Made by a program: the position numbers and the translations under genes
Part shown: one piece after another, positions 25,001 to 38,209 of the stretch
How the letters are laid out: every line of letters begins with the position of its first letter
Numbering within the stretch: the stretch's first letter is position 1
DNA from: Camelus ferus
Taxonomy: Eukaryota
Reading direction: 5' to 3'
NCBI RefSeq assembly: GCF_009834535.1
Contig: NC_045697.1
Location: 23,376,001 to 23,440,000, forward strand
DNA: 64,000 nucleotides
The notes under the pieces: model-generated
What the model was told of the DNA's origin: nothing
The model's input: the letters and a program-made list of their open reading frames with translations, nothing else
The model's database searches: none

Positions 25001-27119
25001 TCTGATGTAGTGTTATCTTCATTTCAAATTACTAATTTATAACTTTTTGCAAGGCTTAAAATTACTAAAGTTTTCAATTCAGCCCAGATGTTGTCTCTGC
25101 CCTTCTAAAACTTAATTGGTTCTCCTCTATTTGGCAGAGTCCTGTGCCAAACCACGTGAGATACAACTGGGGTGTTGGGGTTCAAATTGTCATTGTTAAT
25201 TGTCTTTGGCTTGAGCATAAACATCTTATGAAATCTGTCTAGGTCGCAAGATTGACTTGCTCAAAATAACAGAAATTGGCCAAAACATGTATCACCAGAG
25301 AGAGATCATTTTAGTTATATTTCTCTGGATGCAATGTAACAGACAGAAATTTAGGTAAGATAATCTCTAGGTTAATACCTTTAATTAATGCTGTTACAGG
25401 AAAGGTTGGATTGCTCTGGATGGGTAATTTGACACCCTTTAAAAATCTCTCAGTTCTAATATTTTGATTATAAATGTGACAGTTGGGATGTAATACAAAC
25501 CTCTTTTGAAAATTTTAATTTGCTTAACAAATGCTTTTGGTATTGAAGATAAGGTAATTTAATTCTCTCTCTTTTTTATTTTCTTTTTTTGCAAAACACA
25601 TGCTCTCTTAACTCAAGGATGGTATTATTGATAATCTTTGGCATCGATGAGTGAGCATGACCACAAAGATCAACATAGGACCAACAGATCTTTTTGTGTT
25701 GTAAATACATAATGATTTTACACATTATGTGTAAAACAATTAAAATTAAAACAAAGCAATATGTTTCAGTGAGGTTGCATCAACCATATGTATAGTGCAA
25801 ATAAAGCACTGTGTTTTGTATCATCAGCAAGACTTTTATATTAAAATCTACTACCAAACTATTTCAAAGTTTAGAAACATGATTCTTTTTTTTTGCCATC
25901 TGAATAACCCTCTTTTATTTTATCTCAGGTCTCAACAATACACTCCGACATGAAGAAAGAACCAAAAGTCACAAAGTTGACATATACTATCCATCTTAAC
26001 TCCATGTGTCAATGAAAAGTGATGAATGAAGATGAAGAGGTTTAAGATAAATAGGAGTTAATAGCAACAGCAGAGAAGTAAGAAGTGAAATGTGGAAATA
26101 CTAAACTGACCAAATAACGAAAACAAGGGGTGGATATTGGTAATCTCCGACAACTATCATATTGACTTTCTTTGTCAATTAAAATTAGCATTTTATTACG
26201 ATCTTCATTCACTTCAAGATTTTTCTTAGAAAAACTAAACAAGACTACCTACTCATGGAAATCACTTCAGTGATTTTAATGAAATCTAAGAGTCATCAAA
26301 TAAAAATTAAATAGTATGGTTATACCTGAAATGTAAATAAAATATTTATAAATAATATAGCTTGAAATATCATTGTAACCATCTTAATCTCCAAACAGAA
26401 TAATTTGAAATGTCCCTCTTTTATAGCTATAGGGTGCTATATTTAGCACCTGTAAAATATACTTTCCTTTGTAGATGTAATATGTAGTAAATATCTTGTG
26501 GTGATATAATTTAAAAAGCATATTTTCCATGACCTGTTGTGGTAATACTCCCACAAGTGTTTATGGACCTTTTTCCTATAAAACAATTATTTCCTCTAGG
26601 ATAGAAATATATTTATTTCCAACTTTTCACATTAAGTGATTGAGTTTTATCTGACACTTTGAAATGAGTTTAGATGTTAGCTCAATTAGGATAAGCAAAG
26701 AAATAATATCCTAGAACAGTGTATAACCTAGTTATAAAAGGCAAAGATAAAATAAGTTATAATGCTGACTAGAACAATACACTTGTTGGTGGTGATGGGC
26801 CCTCTGCCTTTACACTAATTCAAACTTGCAGGATTCATCTAATTAAATATATTTAAAAATATATGCTTCAATTGTATCAATGCTGTTATGTTGTTAAATA
26901 AATGTTTTCATGTGCTTCTTTTAGTGTTTACCATATAACTTCTGTCTTACAAAAAATTTGCTAGTAGTGCTGGTAAAATGTTAAATGATAATGGCAACAA
27001 AAGAAATTCTTGCCTGTTATTTTACACAGGGTATACCAAGTGTACTTTTTACTCAGGCTGGAAGAGCATACTAACACTCGATATACAAGCGTCTCTTAAA
27101 GTATCATATACATTTTATA

Positions 27120-27651
27120 CTTATGGGAGTAACTAGACTTACTGTAGTAATCACTTTGTAATGTGTAGGAATATCAAATCACTATGTTATGCACCAGGAA
27201 CTAACATAATGTTGTAGGTCAATGTTGTAGTCAACTTCAAAAAAATAAATAAATAACCAAACAATCACATAAGAAGAAATCAGATTTCAGTCACCAGAGG
27301 TGAGGGGGCTGGGGGAGGGGGAATTGGATGAAGGTGGTCAAAAGGTACAAATTTCCAGTTATAAGATAAATGAGTACTAGGGATATGATGTACAACATGG
27401 TTAATACAGTTAATACTGCTGCATGTTATATATGGAAGTTGTTAACAGAGTAAATCCTAAGAGTGCTCATCACAAGGAAAAAGATATTTTTTTCTTTTTC
27501 TTTTGTTTTGTATCTCTATAAGATGATGGATTTTTTCAAACTTGTTGTGGTAATCATTTCATTATGTATGTAAGTCAAATCATTATGCTGTAGACCTTAA
27601 ACTTATACAGCACTGTATGTCAATTTTATCTCAAAAAAATTGGAAATTAAA
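27120..27651 (+). mobile_element. L1 3' UTR fragment
   Basis: G-rich 'gagggggctgggggagggggaattggatgaaggtggtcaaaaggtacaa', ending 'accttaaacttatacag...tatctcaaaaaaattggaaa'. Confidence 0.85.
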
Positions 27652-27869
27652 TCAAGTCAAATCCAAATAAGTAACTACATAAATAATATAAATAAAATTC
27701 ATAGAAGTTTAGATTAAAGAATTGCCCCAGTTATTCTGAATATACTAACTAGCTGTATTGTTCAGACAACTTCAAGTTAAAAAACTAAAATAGTTTTTAA
27801 TACAAAATTTGTTTTAACACTGGTCTTTCAGCCACTGAGATCACTCCATGGGTAAATAAATGTAGTAAT

Positions 27870-29500
27870 GTTTTTGTGTTACGTTTCCAGATACACACAC
27901 ATCTCCCTTCTTCACTCTTTTAAGAAAATGTTACCATTGTGTACACATTGTTTCTCATATTGAAATTTTTCCTTTAACAAAAATATTGTCTTTCAATTCC
28001 TTTACATGAATAAGTTTTGTTCCATTGCATTATTTTTTATTTTATTAAATCTGCCAACCGTCAAGGAACATTTAGGTTTGTTTTATCCCTGGTCATTTAT
28101 TATTACAATCAATTTTATACGATGTAACCTGGCATAAATATACCTAACCAAGTATTTCTGACTTGAAAAGTGAAATTTCTAAATTAAAAAGTCAAAGCAT
28201 AAATGTAATTCTAATTTTGATAGATATTAACAACTTGACTTTCATGAAGTTGTACCAATCCACATAGGCAAAAAATGGCATTTTGTTTTCATATTAGTAT
28301 TTTCATAACAGTAACTCCTTTCTCATTTTTAATAACAACTGGATAGTAGCTTTCGTACAATGTTAAATGACAATAACAACATGAGTATTCTCATCACTTT
28401 GCTGATTTAATGGGAAAGACTCTATTTTCCCCAAACTAAGCCAGTACTGGTTTTGAAAATGATTTTTTTTATTTTTTGGTTAGAAAATATCCCATATATA
28501 CATATGTAGTTCTTGAAAATGATGTTTTAATAAATGCACTTTCAGCTTTTCTGAAACTGGAAATATTATTTTTTTCTTAAATTAACATGGTAAATTACCA
28601 TGATAGATTTCCTAATATTGCACTATCCTTGCATTCCTGGATTAAATAAAACTATCCCTTTTCCCAAAAACAAGATGAATACACAAAAATATTAAAAATA
28701 AAACTTTTCTTCTAGGATAATGAGGTTGTCTGGCTTTATTGTGTGCAGAATATACTTCAGTAAACTACATTTTGCTATGGTTTTAGAATTATAAAATTGA
28801 TGCTACATTACATGTTTCATAGGTGTAAATAACACTAAAATTACAAACAGGCATTTTAAAGTGATCTTCTGCATTACCTGATAATTTTAGTTTACTTTTT
28901 TCAGTTTTTTGATTATTATAATTACCCAGTTTCATTATTTTTATTTTATATCTTCAAGTATAATTTTATTTTTAATCTTATTTTCAAACAATAATATTCA
29001 CTTTATTTACCTGTGTCTTAAATAGATCATAGTCACATATTGTTCTTTTAATTCAAGTGAATTATTGTAGCAAATATTTTTTGCCCACTGTATTTATTGC
29101 TATAAAAAATGACTACTAATTCTATCATACTATATTTATTTTACTTTCTGTGTGTATTTTAAAATACCTTTTATTATTTCTGCATTTTTGCTTTGAGTGT
29201 GGTAGGTTTTTATGTTAGTACATTTTGCTCTAGTAATTAACTATGTAACCTTATATTTGATACCTGAAATCTTCTACTTAAACAAAGTTTTATTTCCTAA
29301 TGTTGATGTTTATGTTCCTTCTTCCACCACATCCTTGTTTTCTTCACTAATTATTTTGCATCAGTTATAATTTTTGTGTATATATTTTTAAAACAGTATT
29401 TTACATAATTTATTTGCTTGATCAAGGATAATATCCCTCACCCAATGAGAAGATCAGACAATTTAATTATCTCCCATTTCTTTCCCAATTTTCATTGTAA
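27870..29500 (-). mobile_element. Very old L1ME/HAL1-like fragments
   Basis: T-rich decayed antisense L1M-like motifs ('ggaacatttaggtttg', 'aattttgatagatatt', 'tatccttgcattcctgga'). Confidence 0.45.
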
Positions 29501-29784
29501 AAATTAACATATTTTCTTCTAACCAAACATGATTTACGGAAAGGGAAAGCAGATATAATTTTTAAAACATCTTCAAAGAAAAATTTTTCAAATGTTTCTT
29601 ATTTCACTGTTGATAAAGAAACCAATTCTGCTAGTAATAAAGTAATTCTTACATTGTAATTATTTTCACCTGTCAGTTTTTGAAGAATATGAAAATCACT
29701 GCCAACTCTAATTTTATTTCAAAAAAGTTATTAGAGATTTAAAAAATTTCAAATTCTGCAATTGTTAACATCATAATGGAAAGA

Positions 29785-30302
29785 TACCATATTTGATTTC
29801 TACTGCTGCTGTGACAAATTAGTATAAATTTAGGAGCTTTAAATAACATGTATTTATTATCTTTTGTAAATGAGTTTTGTAGCTGAGAAGTCTGACAGCT
29901 GAAGATCCCACTGGGCTAAAAATTAAAATGTCTGAATAGTTGTAGTCATTTCTGAGGCTAGGGGAAATGTTTCCTTGCCTTCACAATTCTAGAGGATTCC
30001 CGCTTTCCTTGGCTCATGGCTTCTTCCATCTTCAAAGCCAACAATGTTGGGCTGATTCCTCTTCAGCCTTTTCTGTGGTTGTCTCCTATTCCCTCTTCCA
30101 CATTTTATGTATTCGTTGAGCCCACCCAAATAATCCAGGATAATCTATTTTAAAGTGAGTTGATCAGCAAACTTAATTCCATCTTCAGACTTAATTCTGC
30201 CCCTCTCCTCAACCCCAGTTGGCCATGTTGCGTAACATAGTCATAGGATCCAAGCATTAAAATGTGGATCTCATTGGAGGAGACTTTATTCTGCCTCCCA
30301 CA
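29785..30302 (-). mobile_element. MaLR solo LTR (MLT1C/D-like)
   Basis: 'ctgctgtgacaaatt...ccatcttcaaagccaac...cccacccaaataatccaggataatct...ttattctgcctcccaca'; same family as 17670-18166. Confidence 0.88.
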
Positions 30303-31199
30303 CATATCCTCCACTATTGATCATGAAATTCAGTGTTAGTTGTTTCTCATCAACTGACCAGTGCTGTGGCCAAATACAAATGATTTAATCTTTCTGAAAT
30401 ATTTTTCCTTATGGAGAAAATGAATGTTTTGTTTGATAAACTCAGTCTTCATGTCTTGATATGAGTTTAGTGACTGCATTTTTAAAGCTATTAATTTAAG
30501 CATTACATATAATTTTATATTTGAAAATTTTATCCTTGTCAATATCCTACCTCTCAAGCAATTAAAATGCAGTGATGAGCAAAATAATCAGTTTCTTTTA
30601 AGGGTTTTACTTGTGGATGAGATAAAAAAGCAGAAGGTCTAATATAGATGTTTATGTTCCTTCTTCCAAAAGAAACCAGAGTCAGTTTTATTCTTATAAC
30701 CCTACCTTTCAGCTAAGGAAATAGAAATGTTTGGCAAAAATATTCATTGCAGAAAAGTACATAGCTCTTAACAATCAGATTTTTGAAGATCATTCAACAA
30801 CATCTCATAATTTTCTGAAAATAAAAGATACTAATACTTTTGTTTCATATTAGTAGTTCTGTTTGTTTAAAATGCTTGTAAAACATCATACAAGGACTCA
30901 AATTAAATATAACTAATTAATCAGCACAATTTTCTCTTGGGATATCCTATATATAACATTCATATATTTTTTCTTTAAACCTCTTTGTATTTTTTCTTTA
31001 CTACATTGAGATCATATAATTAATGCTTCAGTAAAAATACTTTAAAGAAATGTGAAGATTTGTAAGATATAAGACAATGCATTTGTTAGGAAGTTAAATT
31101 AGTAACATAGTCCCATGGATAGTTAATACCTAACCGAGAAGCAACTAGAGATATTTTTGTTAACACAACATTTTAATCCATCTGTCATTATCCAGAAGT

Positions 31200-31950
31200 A
31201 CAAAACCTATAAAACAACCATTTGGATACCTCAGTTTCAAACCACATTGCACAACTTGATTATTTTGTAACTTCAAACATACCAAGTCTTGACCTCATAA
31301 ATGTCTCCAGTTCAATGATCCTTGGAATTTCTCTTATTCACCAGCCACTTTCTATCTTCATTTTATTCCCCACAAAGTTTAGGTTCTATGGGCATCATTT
31401 CTATAACTTTCCTTCCAATATATTAAATGTCCTTACCCCTTCAAATTAAATTTCCATTATGTCCCTCTGGCTAAAACTCATTCCTGATTGAGTTAACCAC
31501 TGACATTTCACAGCTCTATCACACGTCCTAAATACTTCAATGAAAAAAAAAAAAATCGCATGCCTATTTATGTTAACAACACTATATTTTCAGGACCATT
31601 GGCTATAGTTCTAACTTGCAAATCTGTAAACCAATGAAACAATGTTTTTCTACAAGACACTTCTATTTTTTTTTTCATGAACATAGTTGTAAGTATTATC
31701 TACTTTCTTCAAATTTCCAGTTATGTCCTTGACTACCACCTTACACTTAATTATTTTACCTCTTACTTGCTGGATAACATAGAAGCCATAATGAAGACAA
31801 CACCACCACCACTCTATATTGATGTTTTCCTTCATCCATCAACAGATATAGGTATCTACAGCCACACCCAAGCACATCACATCTTTCAGAATTGTGTTGA
31901 AATATCTTTTCTTCAGGGGTCTCTTTTCAATTCTCTCCCACTTTGAGCTC
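31200..31950 (+). mobile_element. L2 fragment
   Basis: Pyrimidine-rich decayed L2 ORF2-like sequence; by eye. Confidence 0.4.
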
Positions 31951-31979
31951 ATATTTCTTTTAATTCTTTAGTATAATTA

Positions 31980-32720
31980 GTTTTGCATTTTTTGGTTAGA
32001 ATATAAGTATTGTGTCTGTTTACTCTGGCTTTGAGCTTTACATAATAAAAAGTATCCAAATGTACAAAACGCAGAGAAAGCAACATATGCCATGTTCCCA
32101 TCACCCACCATCAATGATGATACACATTCTATTATACTTGTTTCATTCATCCTCCCCATTTTAGTGCAGTGTTTTAAAGCAGTTCCAGGGTATCACATTA
32201 TCTCATCATCAAATACTCCAATGCACATCTAATAATAGAGTTTTTCATAACCACAATACCATTATCATACTTAACACAATTAACAAAAATATTTGAATAT
32301 CATCTAACATCCAGCCAATTTTCTGTAATTGTATTATAAAATTAGTTAACTTACATTCAAATCAGAATCTAAGCAAAGCACACTCATTCCATTTGGTTGT
32401 TATATCTTTTGTATCTCTTTTTATCTAGAACATTCCTGTCCCCTCTGCCATCTTTTTTTTCCACACAGGCATTAGCTTTTGAAAAAATGAGGTCAGTTTT
32501 CCTAAAATGTCTGGTATTCTGCATTTGACTGATTACTTTTTTGAGGTATGGCATTTATTGTTTTTATTTTCTCCATATTTTCTTTAAACTGGAAGGGAAA
32601 AGCATTGTTTGAATTTAGATCCAATTTTGGAAGCTAAAGTATTTCACGGGTAGGCTGTGTATTCATTCATTCACATTGCTTTACAGCATCATAAGGCACA
32701 TATCCCTAATACTGTCATTT
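31980..32720 (-). mobile_element. L1MC-like 3' UTR fragment
   Basis: 'cataaccacaataccattatcatacttaacacaattaac..aatatcatctaacatccagcc' is typical antisense L1MC4/5 3' UTR. Confidence 0.65.
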
Positions 32721-33366
32721 TTGTCTTTTAAAAATGGGTTACCTGTGCACATGACTCAAAAATTTTCTGAGTACTATGCCCAAAATGGTGGCATTCCATT
32801 GGCTTATGAAATGTAAATAAAATTACTCTCTCAAAAATTCATACTAAAAATTGGAATAACATGGCTTTTATTAACAGCATCTTAGGTTGTTCAGCCAGAT
32901 AAATTTGAACTTCCTTTTGTATTATTTCCATAGTAGGAGGAGTCCAAGTTGTACACCCACATTTTTTGTTCAACATCATTTTCCTTTGATAAATGATTTT
33001 GATTTTTACCAGAAGATTTAGCTATTCTGTATTTAAGCTGTTGGCTAAATTTTCAAACTAGATTTTAAAATAAAAAATTATGTTTTTTGTTCAAACAACA
33101 TGCTGCAACAAAATTACTTATTTTGGGGGAAGCATCTCTTTATCATTTCCTTATTTATGACACAAATAGTTTACATCATTCAGTCCTGAAAAGACCTCAC
33201 AATATACACAATGGCTTTTATCATTTTTCTTTGTAAGTCTCCTCAAATTCTTAGAATTTGATGTATTTTACAAAAATATGAATGTCGCAGGTAATCGAGA
33301 TAGTCCCCTTACATTTTTACTATTAACTCCTTCAAAACGGAACAGAAACAGAAACAAAACACTCAC

Positions 33367-33448
33367 CTGTAATCCAGAGAAGTGGGGCTTTTCTTTACAT
33401 TTTTCTTTGTCCTAATTTGTAGGGAAATCGAACTTCAGCTTCCAGTCA
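33367..33448 (-). other. Candidate 82-nt non-coding internal exon
   Basis: Acceptor tctttttgttgttgttgttag|TGAC, donor CAG|gtgagt; stops in all three frames. Confidence 0.45.
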
Positions 33449-33579
33449 CTAACAACAACAACAAAAAGATAATGGAGCATTATGTATAGCTGCTAAGTGA
33501 TTTCAATACATATTCTAAGAGTATTCAATCTCATCACCCTTTCATTCCAAATGCTCTTTTAAAACCATGCATGCTCTGT

Positions 33580-33750
33580 CACAGCTGAAGAAGATTTTAG
33601 AGATTTTCCACTCAAACCTCATCATTATACAGATGAGAAAAATGTGGCCAAGAGCAGGTGGGTGGATTTTCTGAAGAGTTAAATGCTAATTACAGGCACA
33701 GCTGGTACTAGAGTAAGTGTCTCCTAATGGTCAATATACTATTTTCCCAA
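33580..33750 (-). mobile_element. MIR/MIR3 SINE
   Basis: 'cctcatcattatacagatgagaaaaatgtggccaagagcagg'. Confidence 0.6.
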
Positions 33751-34654
33751 TTACTTACATTCTTTGCTGCTTTCATTCCTATGTGCTTTGTAGTTATTAG
33801 AACTAAGATGTAGATGATTGAATCAAATTGTCTTGAACATATTTTGAAAGTCAATAGTGGTTAGTAAATTAATTTGTTTCATCTATTTAGTAGGTAAAAA
33901 ACATAACTATACTTAAGTACCTTCCAAAGAGTGTATTCCTTTGAGAGTTCCATGAAACAGGGTTTTCACAGTGAACTCATCTCCCACTCTTTTAACTGGT
34001 AACAGCCTTTAGCTACCAAAGAATTATTAATGCAACAAATGTAACAATTATTTTTATTTTTTATAAAGTTATTGTATTCATGTTTTTTAATTGTTTTGTA
34101 CGTTTCTTTCTATCCTTTAAGGTATCTTTATATATTAAAGCAAAAATATATAGAAAGATAAAAATATTGTCCCAAAACTCAAAAATCTAGAAACAAACAC
34201 TTAATAGATGGTAAATATATACTTGTTATCTCCATGTAAAACATCAAATTTTATGACTACTCTTATAATGCTCCATTATAACATTAAGTTTCAACATAAA
34301 TTTTTCCTAAGCTTATTTTTAATCACTACAAAGTATCCAATTTACCCAGCAATTAGAATAAACTTTTCAATCTAAAATGATTATCTTACTCTCTGTCCAT
34401 GTGAATGGAAATACATTATAAAGTATATGACTAGATAAATCCTCTTCAAAAGATTTGCCACACTGATTTCCATAAACAATATGACAAATTCTATCCATGG
34501 ATATAGTGTAAAAAAAGTGGGAATTTCACTGAACACTAAACATTATCATATGTGTTTTTCAAATTTCCTGAGCGATAAATGGCAATCTAGTGTTGTTTAA
34601 TTTATGCTGCTTTAGGTATTTTGCTCATTTTTGATTAGTTTTTTTGTTGTTATT

Positions 34655-34785
34655 AGAAAAGAATGAAATACTGTCATTTGCAGCAACATGGAAAGATCTA
34701 GAGATGCTTATATAAGTAAAGTCAGTCAGATAAAGACAAATATAAGATATCACATGTGGACTCTAAAAAAATGACACAAATTTAC
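34655..34785 (+). mobile_element. Short L1 fragment (ORF2 end/3' UTR start)
   Basis: 'aaaagaatgaaatactgtcatttgcagcaacatggaaagatctagag...cacatgtggactctaaaaaaatgacacaaa'. Confidence 0.8.
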
Positions 34786-35274
34786 ACTCTTAATTATAGT
34801 GAGAGTAACAGCAGAATATACTTTCACAGTGCTTACTTATCATATAAAATTCTCAAGAGGCCGATTTCAAGTATGCTTCATATTAATCACTTTTTCTATC
34901 CCCTCTTATTTTATAATATGGGAAAATGTAAATTGCAAGATTAAGATGGCTCAACAGCATTTTTATGTATATTACAAACTACACCATTTGCAGAGACACA
35001 GATTTGTTGCATAATTCAACTTGAAACTGAACCATTAGATATAGTTGTTTAGAATAAAGGGACTAGTGGGTAACTACCAAAATAAATTCATATGCATTGT
35101 AGTCTGACACACAAATTGACAATATTTACTGAATATTTTTAAACAGTATAGTATACTCTTTTTGCCTAAATAATGTACTACAGAATATATGTGCATGATA
35201 CAGGCAACATGTATAGGAAACACAGTAGGGGCAGAAATGAAAACCTGATGACCCAATTTAGCTGCCAACAAATG

Positions 35275-35696
35275 AGGGTTGCAGGTGGTGGTGGCTGAAA
35301 AACAGACTCAGGTAAAGTCCAGTGTACACAGGGTTCATTGGGAATGAACACCTGTGCTAGGGAGGGTAAGGAACCAGGATTGGGGAGGGTGTGGTCAAGC
35401 TGCACAACACATCCCGTAATAGCCTCAGCTGATACCCTCTCCCCAAAAAAACGTATGGAACTAAATTGCCCCTCAGAATTCTGTTGGATCAAAATAAAAA
35501 GGCCTTTGTACCCCTGCGTCAATCATTCCACCCTAAGAAGGGAAGATTCTTTGGAGAACTGGCTTTTAGCAATTGAAGGCACTCCTGAAACTGGCTGGTA
35601 TCTGAAAGCTCTCAGCTCGACAGCATTCTCAGCAGCTCAGAAAACAAGTGCTACCTAGAAGAGGCATGTGGACAGCACAACTCAACGCCCGGCATA
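35275..35696 (-). mobile_element. ERVL solo LTR (LTR16-family)
   Basis: 'aacacctgtgctagggagggtaaggaaccaggattggggaggg...ggcctttgtacccctgcgtcaatca' resembles antisense LTR16. Confidence 0.65.
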
Positions 35697-36764
35697 AAGA
35701 CTCTTCGATGATATAAGAGAAATAATTATATCACAAATAGGAAAATGGTGGAAAACCAATTGTTACTGAGATGTTTCAAATTCTCCAACTCACTTCCAAC
35801 AAATGGCCTTTTAGATCACAGAGATTTAAAGAAGCCTGGGGTGATCAGTTGTTCCATGACTTTTCTTGACTTTTTCACTTGGTTGCAGTTATGAAATCAC
35901 TGTGGTTACATAGCATACATACATTGTTAATATACATTGTATGAAAACAATAGAAAATAGTGTGAATTCCTGTTTGCCTACTATACAATACTCACATTTG
36001 AAATGAGAGAAAACAAATTTACAAAGTTCTTAAACATAATAAAATGACACAAATCTTTAGGCCAACCTCTTGGCTGCAAAGTGAGGTCAAAACTGCATCA
36101 CGTCTTTATTTCAGCAATCGAGTATGTGTTGGAATAAAACAATAGTTTATATCAGAATGTAATTGTGAAAACACGATTTTTTGTTCTAAATATTAAGTGC
36201 CAAGAAATTTTTGAATTAAAGTTTGAGGTTTAATAAACTAAATGGTTGTATAAATGTCTGTAAGGAAAAAAAAATTCAGATCAAATAGCAACAGATCAGA
36301 CAGTTATAAAGAGGAAAAAGATATTTTAGGACCTTAAGTATCCACAAAAGTAAGCTCAAAAAAATACAATAAAAGGTTCTAAATTGTTTAATAAACTCCT
36401 AAATGCTTCATAAAGTCTATTATCTGGTGTCATGGTTTTTTTTTTTTATCTCAGTAGTAGGGAAAAAAAGCCTGACATCAAAGCCTTATTTCCAGTTATA
36501 GTTTTAGAAATACTTGAAGAATGTATTGCAGGTGGAAGGCAATTTTAATTTAAGAAGTGGAAAATATGACTATTTATTAAATGTTAAAGTCTAGGAAAAG
36601 ATTAGTAATAAATAAAAAATCTGTTTCAATGATATAAAATACCAACTTTTATGATTATGAGCTCTTATTTTAAAAATATATCTATACAATTTGTTGAAAA
36701 AATTTATTTTAAATAGTTTTAAATGCATTTTCAATATATTTAGTTGTCACTGTCATTTCACTAT

Positions 36765-37830
36765 ATTTTGAGAGATGGAGTTTAATCTTCTTTACCTATA
36801 ATGTGGGCTTGAGTTAGCTCACTTTTAACATACAGACTAAGAAAAGAAAACAATGATTTTTTTCATTGCAGAAACTAGCAATCAACATCTTAAAGGAATA
36901 AAAGTTAACATTTTCAGTAATGTTATGTAAGCGCTCATACTCCTGTCATGATGTGTTGAGATCAGTTCATCACTTCTCTGGCATTCTTCCCCAGAATCCA
37001 TAACCTTAGTATAAACATGGAAAATATCAGACAAACCTAAGCTGAGTGACATTCTGCAAAATATTCGACCCTTATTCCTCAAAACTGTCTAATACATAAA
37101 AGACAAGGAAAGACTGAGAAACTATCAAAATTGGAGAAGACGCCAATGGAGAGTCATGATAAATAAATGCAGTGTGGTACCTACCCTGGACTGGATACTG
37201 GAATAGAGTAAACAACATTAGTGGAGATAGTAATGAAATATGAATGGATTCTGTAGTTAATAGTATTGTAAAGTTAATTTCTTAAGTTTTGATAAATGAA
37301 CCTGTTGGAGGAGGTCATCCAGGAAGGGCATGACCTCTGGTTGACCCTAGAGCTGGACGCATGTAATCAGATGCTTCTCCCCACGCTCCCCTGTCCTTGG
37401 AATATACAGCTCTGTCCAGTGTTCTTACATCAGGAGCTGTTTACGAGGAAACAGCCTTGAGCAAAGTGCTGAGACCATCTGGACAGTGTATGTGACTGAA
37501 CCCAGGTAAGGCTGCTATATAAACTTTTCAGATTCTGGCAGGCAGACACAGAGATCTACGTGTTTTTCAGCTGCCCAAGACAAGCCTTGCATGTTAAATT
37601 TTTTTGCTTATTAAACCTACCACCTACCAATATTGGGCGGCCTGTCTCTTTCTTTGGTCTCTCCTTGCCCTCTGTGTATAAGGGTCAGTTTATGAACCAA
37701 CAGTACAATGCTATGTAAGTTATTATTATTGGGAGGTTAGGGCAGGTAAAGGTTATATAGAAACTCTCTGTACTGTCTTTGCTACCCTTCCATAACTCTT
37801 AAATCATTGCAAAATAAGAGTATAAAAAAA
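36765..37830 (+). mobile_element. L1MC/L1MD 3' UTR, interrupted by an LTR at 37303-37702
   Basis: 'ccagaatccataaccttag..cagacaaacctaagctgagtgacattctgc..agacaaggaaagactgagaaact' and resumes with 'aaactctctgtactgtctttgc..aaaataagagtataaaaaaa'. Confidence 0.8.
37303..37702 (+). mobile_element. Solo ERV LTR (400 bp), family not assigned
   Basis: Inverted termini TGTTGG...CCAACA, TATATAAA at ~37516, ATTAAA at ~37610, degenerate flanks gaacc/gtaca; nested in L1. Confidence 0.8.
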
Positions 37831-38042
37831 CTGTACAATTATTAAAATTATTTCCAATATATTTTAGATCTCATTTATGTTCTTGTTGTTTGACTAATTA
37901 TGTAGGACAGGATTTATTTTTAAAGTTAATAGTGGAATACTCAAATTCCCAAGAAGTGTCCTGTAAAAAATATACTTCAGTACTAGTGCCTTGGGACTGC
38001 TTTATCCTTTTAGTAGTTCGATAAATGAAACTCCCTTTCATT

Positions 38043-38048
38043 CTCTCC

Positions 38049-38082
<34 letters not shown>
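38043..38082. repeat. (CT)n(CA)n compound microsatellite
   Basis: Seen directly. Confidence 0.9.
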
Positions 38083-38209
38083 TTTATATTGATCTCTATG
38101 GTGACTTGATCTTACCTAAAATTTATATTCATAGTTATAAGTGGACAACTTTGTAGAAAATAGCAAGAATTCTGAAGTAAGTTTTGATCATTTTCCATTT
38201 AAAACTAGT

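Noticed and set aside
25905..26083. + strand exon 25929-26077
   Set aside because: Good acceptor but only a moderate donor (GAA|GTAAGA); no other support
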